Origin: the human T2T-CHM13v2.0 reference genome, Homo sapiens
Reading direction: 5' to 3' (one strand)
DNA length: 64,000 nucleotides
NCBI RefSeq assembly: GCF_009914755.1
Contig: NC_060944.1
The position numbers and the translations under genes were made by a program. This document shows, in pieces, positions 1 to 33,920 of this stretch; the stretch's first letter is position 1, and each line of letters opens with the position of its first letter. Below the pieces are notes generated by a model that was given only the letters and a program-made list of their open reading frames with translations, was not told the origin of the DNA and did no database searches.

Positions 1-540
1 GGGCCTCACTGTCTGGGTCTTGGTTCCTCTGAAAGAGATGGATCTTGTGCAGACCAGGGTTGTTGAGTGAGGGGAGCGTGGGATGGGGACCGTGGGAAAG
101 AGGACAGCTCAGGGAGAAGTGACCTGGAAAGGTCCTGTTTGCATCTGACCCATCTCAACTGGCCCAGCATCCCAACTTCTCTGCAGCGAAAGGGTGGCGC
201 CCCGCAGCCTCGGGAGGCCTGCCCAGGCTCCCGTGGAGCTTCCAACAGCTGCTTGGCCCCGCAGCTGCCCCCACTTCCTTTGAGACCTGCACTCTCATGC
301 TTGCCGCATCATGCCTCCCTGTGGGGGCTTTGGGCATGGAGGAGGCAGAAGAGGGGGTGCCAGGCCTCCTGTATTTGGGGTCTTCCCCCAGTGGATGTCT
401 CATGGACTCTGGCCCCACACACTCACAATGACTCTGGCTGGCCCCACGCAGCGGGCCCAGCCGCCCCCCAGGTGGCCTCACATTCTGCTCTGCTAAGTTT
501 GGAGAAAACAGAACAATAAACCAGATGCAGGTGGTGCCCG
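1..540 (+). other. EBF4: 3' UTR / 3' end of upstream gene, probably EBF4; polyA signal AATAAA at 515-520
   Basis: GC-rich unique non-coding sequence ending in AATAAA (515-520), followed by a GT/T-rich element (~563-583). The gene name rests on recalled synteny (~34 kb from the CPXM1 3' end), not on visible coding sequence. Confidence 0.55.
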
Positions 541-1800
541 CCCGGCCTCTCACCTGCCTCCTTGGTGTGAGTTTGCTTTTCTTAGCAGTTCAGCAGCTCT
601 AGGGGAGGCTCCAAACCCTGCCCCCGGGGAGCCCTCTTGCGCCTCGGGCTTTTTAAGCAGCCCCAGAGTTCGACTAAAGCAAGTATTCCCTGCCCCACGT
701 CTGTTCTTGGGGACTGTTGGGGGAGGGGGAGCAGGCTAGCAGGCCTGAGCTCTGCCTGGGAGCATAATAGGGCCACTGAGGACTCAGCTGCCCAGCTCTC
801 CAGTCAAGATCAAAGTGGTGGTTGTCAGGACATTGCTGAGAACCAGGACAGACCAAACCAAATATGACCCAGATGTCCAGAGGCTCAGAAATTAGATCCA
901 ATCCAACACAGAGGCTGCAGGGCCACGCCTGGGCTGGGTGGGGCAGCTTGTGGCTCCCAGGGCTGTTTATCTGAGCTGCACCCCAATCCCATCCCACGGC
1001 CCCCACCCCCAGGCCTAGGCACCTTACGGCTCACCTGCCTCAGAGTTTGGGTGGAAGGAGGGTAAGGAGGCAAGATTCCTATGCCCATTCGCTCCACCAC
1101 CCACCCCTCTAGGATGAGTCCCAGTTGTCCCCCTGAGATATGTCCCCTGGATGATGGTCTGGCTGTCTGACCCTGAAAGCCACTTTTTTGACCCATGATC
1201 CGGTGAGCCCCGTGTCTAGCCCCAGGCCTCAGGCTTTCCTCTTTCTCTTCCTGGCCCTGCTCCTGGGCTCTGGCCTCTGGACACCCTGGCCCTTTCAACC
1301 CATGCGTCCATGACCTGCAAATGCAGCCTTCTGGACAGGCACACTTGCCAGGGCACATGGGCTGGTCCTGTCTTTCAGAGGCCTCTACTTCTTTCTCTGG
1401 TGTTCTTGGCTAGCACCTGGGATTCATCTCTCCTGGACACAGGGCAAGAGGTCATGCTGCCTTCTGGTCATCCTGTCCCATTCTCAGTGCTTGCGTGGCC
1501 TCCCACTCAGAGCACCAAAGCCTGCCTGCCCACGCCCTGCTTTATTTGGCTCTGAGCAGCTCCCATTGCCCAGGGCCCTCCCAGCTGAGGCCCTGCAAAG
1601 TTCTAATCTGCACTGGACACAGGTGATAACTGGATAGTGGTCACACTCTGGTTCCCAGGATGGGTCAGGTGCCATGGTGGATATAAATGAGACATGATGT
1701 CTGTCCCTAACAATCCCACAATGCTGCTCAAGCCACCATTTGAGTCCACACTGTCCTTTTCCTTCATCCACAGCAGACATAGCTAACCAGTTACCATGTT

Positions 1801-2173
1801 TGCAATGGCCTGGATTGTGCCTCCCTAAAATCCATATGTTGAAGCATTAACCTCCCATGTGACTGTATTGAGGATGGAGCCTTTAAGGAGGTGATTAAGG
1901 TTGGACGAGGTCATCAGAGTAGAGTCTTGATCCAATAGAAGTTGTGCTCTTATAAGAAGAGGAAGAGACACCAGAGTGCACTCTCTCTGTCAGGTAAGGA
2001 CACAGAGAAGGCAGCCGTCTGCAAACCAGGAAGAGAGCCCTCACCAGGAATCAAATCAACTGGCACCTTGGCCTGTGACTTGCGGCCTCTAGGACTGTAA
2101 GAAAGCAAAATTCTGTGGTTTAAGCCACCCAGTCCATGGTATTTTGTTATGGTAGCCCAAGCAAACTAATACA
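1801..2173 (+). mobile_element. MLT1A/B-type MaLR solo LTR
   Basis: TG...CA ends and typical MLT1 motifs (aaaatccatatgttgaag, cttataagaagaggaagagacacc, tttaagccacccagtccatggtattttgttatgg...ctaataca). Confidence 0.8.
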
Positions 2174-2289
2174 ACATTTTTTTTTCCATCTGTGAGCTGA
2201 GGGCTGCCTCCAGGAAATTAACGCTTTAGTGTTTCTGGCCTGCCCCTCCCCCCTACATGGAGGAAAAATCACCAGTTAGGCTTTGTTGT

Positions 2290-2520
2290 AGAATATTGTC
2301 AGCAAATTCTGGGACAGTAATCCGAGATGATGTGGACAGGGCACCAAGAGCCTCTGCTATGCCACAAAACCACCGTGATGACAGAATCATTTTCAACGAA
2401 GCTACTGATCAGAGTTGTTATTTGAGATGAAAACTATTAGCCAAGTCAATATCACACCAGGCCTTCTTGTAGTCTATAATCAGGGAGGAGCAAGTCAAAC
2501 TGCTGACCATGAGTCAGTAC
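2290..2520 (-). mobile_element. Highly decayed ERV-L-class reverse transcriptase fragment
   Basis: The minus strand reads WCDIDLANSFHL (cf. ERV-L WYAAIDLANAFF) and LGALSTSSRITVPEFADNIL (cf. LDRLSLPQDITLVHYIDDIML). Confidence 0.5.
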
Positions 2521-2949
2521 AAGACCGGCCCACCAGCAAACCGGGGCCTGTGTCTGGGTCTGTGGCACCTTCTGCAAAGCAACTGGGGCATCTTCTGGGC
2601 CTTGCAAATGGAACACCTTTCAGACTTCCCACATCCTGTAGTCAAAGAGGTTCCATTCTCAATAGCACCAGCAATCCTCAGTCTGAGGATGACATTAAGC
2701 CAAGTGGCAGAAACTTGGCCTGGAGCTTACATAAATCTGTAGTGGAGACCCACTACCCAATAAATGCTATCAAATGACTAGGTCTTAGTTTAGCTCAGTC
2801 CTGAGGCCTTGCACACAAGTAGAATTGATTGGCTCATTGGCATTCATCCCTACAGAGCCTGGATATCCCAGGCAAGTGATGAAAATCCTAACCTTAGCTC
2901 CAATTCCTATGTGAATATTGGTCAGGGTGGGATCATTCGCCTGGAATGG

Positions 2950-3400
2950 AAGTTGTCTTCATTTCAGTTCCCCCAGCAGCAGACCTTGGGACAGGAGGTG
3001 GGTCCAGATGGTTTATTTGGGCAACAATTGCAGAACGCACCGGTCAGGGGAGCAGGGAGGGGAGGCAGCAGAAAGAAGGAAGCCCAATACAGAGTGCTAC
3101 TGAGCACGCTACTACTGTGGGTTTTTCTGAAGCTTAATCCCAGCTGGGAGCTCTGGGAGGCTATAAAATGCATACCTCAGGAATTTCGCACCTGAGGAGT
3201 GAGGCAGCTGGGGTACTTATACACTAATTCTCATCAGTCAGTGGTTAGGGCTTCTGGATGGAGTGGGAGGGCAGCACTAGCTTTCTGGCACCTCCAGTCT
3301 TCCCCACAGGTGGTAAAACAGTCCCAGTAGCTAGAGAAAACACTCAGACAAAGAGAAGCAGGAGCTGACAGTTGGAATCAGACAGGAGTACACAGAGGAG
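2950..3400 (-). mobile_element. Old ERVL LTR (LTR33-like)
   Basis: The segment ttcccccagcagcagaccttgggacagg...tttatttggg...agcccaatacagagtg resembles the recalled LTR33 reverse complement. Its orientation is consistent with the RT remnant to its left. Confidence 0.45.
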
Positions 3401-4774
3401 GTACAGATGAGGGGATGTGGGTGGGGCACATACCTGGAGGTGGTCCCTGGCAGTCATCCAGGGGAAGATGGTTTTTTCTACTTAAAGTAAGTTTGGAGTA
3501 GGCATGGATTTTTCCTATATCTGCAGATCCCACCTCTACCTGGCACCAGGTGACAAAAACTGCCCAGGCTATTTCTTGTTGAAGTACCAAGATGCCAGGT
3601 GACAAAGGGGTCCCTCTCAGCGTCAGCCCACCCCCAGGCTTCTAATGGGGGTGGGAATAGAAAGGGCACCAGACGCTTGGCTGCTCACCGTTCAGAGAGA
3701 GTGCATCTCCAGTAAGTCCTCTGCTTTCCTCTTACAAATTTTTCCCAGCAGAACCAGGCTGCTACACTTTGCATCTGACCCTGGGGACCAGAGAGCTTCT
3801 GGGGCTACATTTTGGCTCAGACAGGACCCGCTATAGACAGGTCTCACTGGCTCAAGAGAAGCCAGGCAGCAGCTTTGACCAGCCCTCTGCTGACTATTCT
3901 GCAAAATAGCATTCTCCCTGCCCCCTCCCCATATTGGCAGAGCCTTTTAACTTCTTCCAAAAAGAAAAATCCCCTAGAGAAATGGAAACTGCTGCGCAGT
4001 GTGGAAAGGATGGTCTTTTAAAAATATGACGTTAGAGCCCAGGCAGCTATTTGGGAGGCTGAGGCAGGAGGATTGCTTGAGCCCAGGGGTTTGAGGCCAG
4101 CCTGGGCAACAAGTGAGACCCCCATCTCTCAAAAAAGAAAATGGTGTTGGGTTAATTGGATAGCCATATGCAAAAATTACATTTGGCCTCTACCTCACAC
4201 CATACACAAAAATCAATTTCAGGTGGATTGTGGATGGAACTGTGAAACCTAAAGCAATAAATCTTTACGCCCCTGAAGATAGACTAGAAGCTTTTTGCCA
4301 GAGTGATATCCAAGGTCTGTTTTTCTACCCATGTGACCAACTTTGGAATGAAGCAAGCACTGGACATATTTGAAATGGTTCAAATGGACCCTAAAGTCTC
4401 TTTTCACTTCTCTAGGAGAACTTTTCCAAATAGGAAAAAGTTCACAGTTCACAGTGTCTTTCTACCCGAGGAGAGACTAGGTCTTCATGGTTAGTGATTT
4501 CCCAAAGCTCTTAACTGCTTATCCTGGGCCAGCCGCCTTCCCCACCCTGTCCACAGCTCCCTCCTCTGCTACCACCTCAGTGGTAGTAACAACACTCACT
4601 GGGTGATGGAAGGGAATGGGTCACCTCCTTGGAGCCACCAGCCTAGAAGTTGGCCGTTCACAAGAAGACCTTCACCGTGAGAGTCCTGATGGGGGCGAGG
4701 CATCGACCACAAATATGGACCTAGCATCCTCTTATCACTTCTCCCATGCTCCCCTTCTCTTCACTCTTACTAAG

Positions 4775-5833
<1,059 letters not shown>

Positions 5834-5849
5834 TTAATTGATTAATTAA

Positions 5850-7530
<1,681 letters not shown>

Positions 7531-9317
7531 TTTTTTTTTTTTTTTTTTGAGTGCAGTGGCACGATCTCAGCTCACTGCAACCTCCCCTCCCTGGTTCAAG
7601 TGATTCTCTCGCCTCAGCCTCCTAAGTAGCTGGGATTACAGGCTCACACCACCATGCCTGGCTAATTTTTGTATTTTTAGTACAGATGAGCTTTCACCAT
7701 GTTGGCCAGGCTGGTCTGGAACCCCTGACCTCAAGTGATCTGCTCTCCTTGGCCTCCGAAAGTGCTGGGATTACAGGCATGAGCCACCATGCCTGGCCTT
7801 ATTCTTTATACAGGGTATACCAATTATTAACACAGAGCCCATTTTCTCTTTCTCTCTCTGCACTACTCTCTAAGAAGGCACTCACTGGCCCTCGCCCTTA
7901 CCCGCTTCTCCTGGAGGAGCTAGGCTTTCTGCAGACCACCTCGGTACCTCACACTGCTACACTGGCTTTGGCTACCTTCTAGGAGCAGTGGAGGGAAAAA
8001 CACAAGAACAAACACAAATTAATCTCTCACTAAGTCATTCTACTTTGACTCTAACCCATCTTTTACCATTCTATTCTAACCATTAAGATTCAAACCCAGC
8101 TGGGCTCCTTAGCTCTGGGTCCCCTCTGTTGGAAATCCAGAACAGTCCTCGTGAGTCCTCTGTTCAGGAGCCCCTGACCACTCACTTCCAAAGGTGAAGA
8201 TACTCAAAGCTTCCCTCCTTGCCTCACCTTGGCAGGGGGTCACAGAGTGGCAGCCTCAGGAGGGTGGGAGGTCCTGGGTTTGAAGCTGCAGAGACTGCCA
8301 AGCAGAATGGGTAGGAGGGTCTCAGAGACCCCCACTGGAGACAGAACGGAAGAGAATTCATGGCTCTAAAGATGCAGGAGAGGCTGCCTAGCAGGGCAGG
8401 AACAGCAACAAGACGGTTTTATTTGTATACATTCCTTTTTGAGTATTTTATTCCTTGAGAGAGAAGGCGCCAAGTGTTTATGGGGGAAGGAAAGCTGGCC
8501 GTCCAGTAGCAGATTTGCTGTTCCCTGGGGCTCAGCATCCCAGCATCTTCATTCTCCAAAGCCTCTCCTGCCCCTCCCCTGCCAGCCTGGGAGCGAGCGC
8601 TGCCCTGATGCACCCTCATCTGGTGGGGTGTGAGGAGGAGGCTCGGGCTAGGCTGCCGCAGCTCCGGGCAGTCATCCCATGAGTCCAGTTCCTGAAGGGC
8701 TGATTCGTGTAGGGCAGAAAAACCCTCTGGCTTGGCTCCTGCCCCTGCTGCCTCTCTGGGGGTTCCACCCATGTAGGAGCCTGCCCCCTCCACGCACCCA
8801 CCCGCTCACCCAGAACTGAGTTCACCTTTAGGTGGGTGGGGGAGGCTCCAGCCACTCTCAGGCTGGCACTGCCTCAAGCCCAGCCAGCGCTGGCTTCTGT
8901 GGTGAAAGCTGGTTTGTCTGGGCTGCTCCCCAGGGCCTTCCTGGAGCTGGGCCTGGAGGCTGACCTTGCCAAGACAAACTGTGGCTGCCGGTGGAATGTG
9001 GTCGAGTGGCTGAGCAGGCCCAAACCTGGCAGGTCTGTCCATGGTGCCCCTGCAGGTTCCACAACACAGAGCCCTACAGAGTCAGGTGGGGCCAGGAGCA
9101 GGTACCGAGAGACTTCTGGGCATCTCTCTGTCCCTTGTTGAGTGAGGACGGGGCAGCCTCTCTTTTGGTCTCAACTGAAAGTGTAAAAGGCTATCATCAA
9201 GTGTGAAGGTTGACAGAATTCCTCAACCCACTTCCTCTGGGAAGCAGCTGTGCAGGAGAAGACATGGTGGGGAGGGGGTGCGGGGAGGAGTGTGTGCCTG
9301 TGTGGGTGTGGGCATAA

Positions 9318-15220
<5,903 letters not shown>

Positions 15221-15464
15221 TGTGCTCTTTGTTGCCTCCATACTGCTTCACAAACATGGGGGCATTGAGCTTGGAACTTTCTCGCAGAGGCTGAAACCAC
15301 CTTTGTCTTCCTCTCCATGGAAATTAAATAGGTTTCATGTCAAGCATAGTACATATGATGTCTGTACAAATTAGAAAAAGGTGTCTCTTCCTCAAGCCCC
15401 CCCCCCAAAAAAAGTGTTATGTTAATATTTATTCCTTAACGACAATAATTAAGATAAACATACA

Positions 15465-15935
15465 GGAGCACTTGCCCCTCCCCCAAAGCCGACAGCCTTC
15501 GTGTCACCTGATGTATTAGCTGAAGCAGTATTCCTGGGTGAGAAATGTGTTGTTTCCAGAATCCAGAGGCCACCAAGTGCTGTGCTTCCTTCTTTGTGGC
15601 AGGGGATACAAAATACAGCAATTAGTCTCTAACTTTGGAGGAGCTATCCTGGCATGCCCTTGGCCAACAGACCCCGTAAAACTTGACCAAAATGGCAGGT
15701 CCCTGAACCCTCCCAGAGTTTATCTCCTACCATCTGGATTGCATGTGTCTCACCAAGGCCTCCAGTGTGCTAGCCATGTTGTGCTCATCCTGCCCGCCTG
15801 CATGACGTCAGTAACATAAAGGATCACTGCAGTGTCTGCATGACATATGGATAGTACAGAGACCTTCAAACTATATTATGATACAGACCAGGAAAATTAA
15901 CATAGCCTTAGGGCAAAACACTGAGTAAATATTTA
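15465..15935 (-). mobile_element. ERV-L pol (RT/connection) fragment
   Basis: The minus strand encodes ASTLEALVRHM...QGPAILVKF...SKVRD*LLYFVSPATKKEAQHLV..GFWKQHISHPGILL, closely matching ERV-L RT (ASTLEALVRHMRSRGWEINP...PTTKKEAQRLVGLFGFWRQHIPHLG). Confidence 0.85.
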
Positions 15936-17245
15936 TGTGAATGAGGACTGTTTCTGATCTTCTTTTCTAATTGGGATGGAACTCTAATATAAAATCCACC
16001 ACCGTAACAAACTGAAAGAGAGAAAATATACGGTCACCTCAAAAGATGCAGAAAAAGCATTTGACAAACCTAACATCTGCTATAAAAATTCTCAGCCAGC
16101 TAGGATGAGAAGAAAACCTCTACAACATGATAAAGGGTATCTATGAAAACCTAACAGCTAACCCTAAACTGAATGTTTTTGCCCTAAAATCAGGAAGTAG
16201 GCAAGGATGCCCAGTCTTACCACTTTTGTTTGTGCTTCTTTGATCTGAAAATATATGGCTTTCACAAAATTTGAGCAGTTTTCAGCCATTGTTTCTTAAC
16301 TTTCATTTAATATAGTACTAGAAGCCCTAGCAAGTGTGATAAGGCAAGAAAAATAAACAAAAGTCTTAATATTGAAAGGAAAAAATAAAATTATTCCCAC
16401 TCACAAATGATATAATCATCTGTGCATAAAATCCTAAGGAATATATATATGTATATATTTGGAAAAAAACAGCTCCACGGCCAAGCATGGTGCCTCACAC
16501 GTGTAATCCCAGCACTTTGGGAGGCCAAGACAGGAGAACTGCCTGAGGCCAGAAGTTCGAGACCAGCCTGAGCAACACAGGGAGACTCCATCTCTACAAA
16601 AAATGTTTAAAATGGCCAGACATAGTGGTGTGTGCCTGTGGTCCCAGCTACTTGGGAAGCTGAGGCAGGAGGATCACTTGAGCCCAGGAGTCTGAAGCTG
16701 CAGTAAGCTGGATTGCACCACTGCAGCACACAGCCTGGGCAATAGAGTGAGACAGCTGTCAAAAAAAAAAAAAATAAAGCTTCTAACTAATATTCAAGTT
16801 TATCAAGATCACAAGATTTGAGATCAATATACAAAAATCAACTACATTTCAATATATTAGCAAGGAACAATTAAAAATCAAATTTAAAAAATAACACCTG
16901 CATTTGTTTGCTAGGACTGACATTAAAAAGTACCACAGACCAAGTGGCTAAAACGACAGAGATTTATTTTCTCACAGTTCTAGAGGGTGGAAGTCAAAGA
17001 TCGAAGTATCAGCTGATTTGGTTTCTCTTAAAGCCTCTCTCCTGGCCCTACAGGTGCCTACCTTCTCCCTATGTCTTCACATGGTGGACAGAGAAAACTC
17101 TTGTGTCTCTCTCCTCTCTTTTTTTTTTTTTTTTTTTTGAGACAGTCTCACTCAGTTGCCCAGGCTGGAATGCAGTGGTGCAATCTCGGCTCACTGAAAC
17201 CTCCACCTCCCTCGTTCAAGCGATTCGCCTGCCTCAGCCTCCTGA

Positions 17246-17440
<195 letters not shown>

Positions 17441-18136
17441 TAGTCATACTGGATTAGGGCCCACCCATGTGAACTTAATTACTTCTTTAAGGTTCTGTCT
17501 CCAAATACAGTCACAATCTGAAGTCTTGGGGGTTAGGACTTCAGTATATGAATTGGGGTGAAATAATTCAGCCCATAAAAATACCATTGATAAGAGCTCG
17601 AAAAATGAAATACTTCAATATAAATCTAACATAAGATGTGCAGGATCTGTATGCTGGAAACTACAAAACGCCAATGAAAGAGCTAGAAGAAGACCTAATA
17701 AGCGAATAAACACACAGTGTTCAAGGATTGGGAAGTACAGTATAGTTTTGTTTTGTTGTTGTTGTTGTTGTTTTTGTTTTTTTTGAGACAGAGTCTTGCT
17801 CTGTGGCCCAGGTTAGAGTACAGTGGCGCGATCTTGGCTCACCACAATCCTGCCTCCCAGGCTCAAGCGATTCTCCTGCCTCAGCTTCCCAAGTAGCTGG
17901 GACTACAGGTGCTTGCCACCATGCCTAGCTAATTTTTGTATTTTTAGTAGAGACGGGGCTTCACTGTGTTGGCCAGGCTGGTCTCGAACTCCTGACCTCG
18001 TGATCTGCCCGCCTCAGCCTCCCAAAGTCCTGGATTACAGGCGTGAGCCACCACACCCAGCCTTACATTATAGTTAAGATGCCAATTGTCCCCAGATTGA
18101 CCCACAGATTTAATGCAATTCCAATCAAAATCCTAG

Positions 18137-18625
<489 letters not shown>

Positions 18626-19906
18626 TGAAATTTACCATTTAGCTTTTTTTTTTTTTTTTTTAAAGAAATGGAGTCTCACTATGTTGCCAAGGCTAGATTC
18701 GAACTCCCGGGCTAGAGTGATCCTCCTAGCTCAGCTTCCTGAGTAGCCGGGAACACAGGCTTCTGCCACCACACCCAGCTCTCAGCCATTTTTAAGTGTA
18801 TAATTCAAATTCAGTGGCATTAAATACATTCATAAGGTTGTGTAGCCAGCATTACTATCTATTTCCAGAACTTGTTCATCATTCCAAACAGAAACCCTGT
18901 ACCCACTGGACATTAACTCCTCACTCCCTCCCCCAAGTCCCTGGTAACCTCTATTCTACTTTCTGTGTCTATGAATTTGCCTATTCCAGTTACTTCATAT
19001 AAGCGGAATCATATATTTGTCCTTTTGTGTCTGGCTTATTTCTCTTAGCATAATATTTGCAAAGTTCATCCTTGCTGTAGCTGCTTGTGTCAGAATTTTA
19101 TTCCTTTTTATGGCTGAGTAATATTCTATTTTGTGTGTATACCACATTTTGTGTATTCATTCATCTGTTTGAACACATGGGTTGTTTTCACCTTTTGGAT
19201 ATTGTGAATAATGCTGCTGTGAACACTTGGTGTACGAGTATCTCTTTGAGTCACTGCTTTCAATTCTTTGGAAGAATATTGAGAAGTGAAATTGCTGGGT
19301 CATATTGTAATTCTGTGTTTAACTTTTTGAGGAATCACTGAACTGTTTCCCACCACAGACGCAATGTTTTACATTCTAGCAATGCACAAACGTTTTGATT
19401 TCTCCACATCACCAACACCTTTTTGTTTGTTTGTTTTGTTTTGTTTTGAGACAGTCTCGCTCTGTTGTCCAGGCTTGAATGCAGTGGCACCATCTCAGCT
19501 CGCTGCAACCTCCGCCTCCTGGGTTCAAGGAATTCTCATGCCTCAGCCTCCTGAGTAGCTGAGGCTACAGGCAAGCGCCCCCACGCCCAGCTAATTTTTG
19601 TAGTTTTGGTAGAGATGAGGTTTCACCATGTCCGCCAGGCTGGTCTCAAACTCCTGGCCTCAAGTGATCCACCTGGCTGGGCCTCCCAAAGTGCTGAAAT
19701 TACAGGCATGAGCCACCGTGCCCAGCCCACCAACACTTTTTATTGTTAATTTTATTGATAGTAGTTATTCTAATTTAGGGTGTAAAGTGGTATCTCGTTT
19801 CCATTTGTATTTCCCTAATGACTAATGATGTTGAGCATTTTTTCATGTGCTTATTGGGCATTCACGTATCGTCTTTGAAGAAATGTTTATTAAAGTTCCT
19901 TGTCCA

Positions 19907-20191
19907 GGCCGGGCGCGGTGGCTCACGCCTGTCATCTCAGCGCTTTGGGAGGCCGAGGCGGGCAGATCATGAGGTCAGGAGATCGAGACCATCCTGGCTA
20001 ACACGGTGAAACCCCGTCTCTACTAAAAATACAAAAAAAATTAGCTGGGCGTGGTGGCGGGCGCCTGTAGTCCCAGGGCTGAGGCAGGAGAATGGCCTGA
20101 ACCCGGGAGGCAGAGCTTGCAGTGAGCCGAGATGGCGCCACCGCACTCCAGCCTGGGCGACAGAGCAAGACTCCGTCTCAAAAAAAAAAAA
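19907..20191 (+). mobile_element. AluY with 15-bp TSD aaagttccttgtcca
   Basis: AluY diagnostics (gagatcgagaccatcctggctaacacgg, gagcttgcag); TSD at 19892-19906 and 20192-20206. Confidence 0.9.
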
Positions 20192-21049
20192 AAAGTTCCT
20201 TGTCCATTTTTCCATTTTTGAATTAGGTTTTTTGTTTGTTTGTTTTATGTTGAGTTGTAGAAGTTCTTTACATATTCTGGATATTTACATTTCTGCAAAT
20301 ATTTTCTGCCATTCTGTGGGCTGTCGTTTCATTCTCTTCTTTGATGCACAAAAGTTTTTAATTTTGATGAAGTTCACCTTATGTTTTTTTCTCTTGTTGA
20401 CTGTACTTTGGTGACATATCCAAGAAATGATTGACAAATTCAATGTCATGAAGATTTTTCACTGCTTTTTTCTCCTAGGAATTTTATGGTGTTAGCTCTT
20501 CAGTGCAGGGTTTGATCCATTGCGAGTTAATTTTTGGATACGGTGCAACAAAAGGATCCGGCTGCATTCTTTTGCATGTGCACACTACCCGGTTCTAAGA
20601 TGTATCATAAAGCTACCAATAGTCAAGGCATTGTGATATTGGCAAAAAGACAAATACCAATGGAACAAACTAAAAATTCTAGAAATAGACCCACATAAAT
20701 ATGGTCAGCTGATTTTTGACAAAGATGTAAAGACAATTCAATGAAGAAAGAACAGTCGTTTCAACAAAAGGTGCTGGAACAACTGGACTTCCACATGCAA
20801 AAATAAAAACCTAGACTTACATTTCATATATATATATAAATTAACTCAAAATATATGATAAACGTAAATTAATATGTAAAACTATAAAACTCTTAGACTT
20901 AGGAGAAAATATTCGTGACCTTTGGTTAGTCAAAGAGCTTCCAGATAGGACACAAAAACACCATCTATAAGAGGAAAAAAAGGATAAGTTTCACTTTCTC
21001 GAAATTTAAAACTTCTGCTCTGCAAAAAACACTATTAAGAGAATAAAGT

Positions 21050-21700
21050 TGTTTCCTTTCGTCACTGCAGCAGCAGCTGTATGTCCAAGCTTCAGAAGAG
21101 ACTTGCCTCTAAGATTCTCCACTGTGGCAAAAAGATGGTCTGGCTGGACCTTAACAAGACCAACGAAATCGCCAATGCCAACACCTGCCAGCAGATTCAA
21201 AAGCTGATCAAAGATGGGCTGATAATCCCAAGCCCCTGACTGTCCTTTCCTGGGCTTCATGCAGGAAAAACACCTTGACCTGCCAAGAGGGCAGGAATAT
21301 GGGCGTAAGTAAGTGAAAGGATATTGTCAATGCTCGAGTGCCAAAGAAGTTACCCTGGATGGGGAGGATGCGAATTCTGCATCAGCTGGTCGGAAGATAC
21401 TGGGAATCTAAGAAGACTGGCCACCACATGTATCACAGCCTATACCTGAAGGTGAAAGAGAACATGTTCAAAAATACACGGATTCTTATGGAACACATCC
21501 ACAAGTTGAGGTCTAAGACCAAGGAAGTATACAAATATATTCACCTGCTGTCCAAGAAGGTTCATCAAGGCTCAGTCCAAGGAGAAAGAGACAAAGAAAA
21601 ACAGCGCCCCCACCCTCCTTGTCTGTACTCAGTGGCCTCAGCAATTACATAGACCAATCACTCAAATAAAACAAGTCTCTTTTTTTTCCTTAAGAAAGTG
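21050..21700 (+). pseudogene. RPL19P1: Processed pseudogene of ribosomal protein L19
   Basis: Intronless. It has a TOP-like 5' end (tttcctttc), LQKRLAS...[17 protein letters not shown] and [28 protein letters not shown] motifs, frameshifts and deletions, AATAAA at 21665-21670, and a TSD-like agagaat(a/g)aa on both sides. The P1 number is from recall. Confidence 0.9.
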
Positions 21701-22814
21701 AAAGAGAGAATGAAAAAACAAACCACAGATTGGGAGAAAATAGTTACAAATCATATATCAGAAAAAGCACTTGTATCTAACTCTCAAAACTTAAAAATAA
21801 GAAAAGAAACAATCCAATTTTTTTTAAATGGGCAGTTTAAAAAAACTCTGCAGTTAAAAAAAAATAAAAACAATCCAATTATAAAATGGGCAAAAGATAT
21901 AAACAGATATTTTTCCAAAGAGGAGATTTAGGTGGCAAATAAGCATGTGAAAAGATGTCCAACATCCTTAGCCATTAGGGAAATGCAAATTAAAGCCACA
22001 CTATTTCACTGTACACCTATTAGAACAGCTAAAATAGGTGCGTAATGAACAGCTAAAATAACAAGTCATGGTAACACCAAGTGGTGACAAGTACGCAGAG
22101 AAGCTGGCTCTCTCGTACATTCCTGATGGGAATGTAAATGGCACAGACACTCACATACACTTACTATATGATCCAGCAATCACACCCTTGGGCATTTATC
22201 CCAGAAAAATGAAAACTTATGTGCATACAAAAATCTGTTCTTGAATGTTCCTATTAGCCCTATTTATAATAGCAAAATACTGGAAACAACTCAAATGTCC
22301 TTTAATGAGTGAATGGTTGAACAAGCTCTGGAACATCCATATAAAGCAATATAATTCTGCAATACAAAGATATGAACTATCGAGGCATGCAACAACCTTG
22401 ATGAATGTCAAGGGCATTATGCTTAGTGAAAAAACAGTCCATCTCAAAAGGTTACATGCTGTATTATTCCATTCCTATAACATTCTCTAAATGACAAAAC
22501 TATAGAAATGAGAGAACAAATTAGGAGTAAGCAAGGGAAAGAAGTGGAGATGGGGGAGGCAGGGACACAAATACAAAAAAGTAACATAAGGGAGTTCTTT
22601 GGTGGTGAGGGAGCAGTTCTATATCTTGATCGTGGTGGTGGTTACACAAATCTATACATAGGATAAAATCTTACAAAACTAAACACAACACACACACACC
22701 ACACGCACACAAATGGATACAGGGTTTTGGGGGGTTTTTTAATGCCAAAAACTGAACGAGGTCTGTAATCGAGTTGACTGTAATGTACCAATGTCAGTTT
22801 TCTCATTTGGATGT

Positions 22815-23640
<826 letters not shown>

Positions 23641-23661
23641 TTGTACTACAGCTATATGTCA

Positions 23662-33920
<10,259 letters not shown>

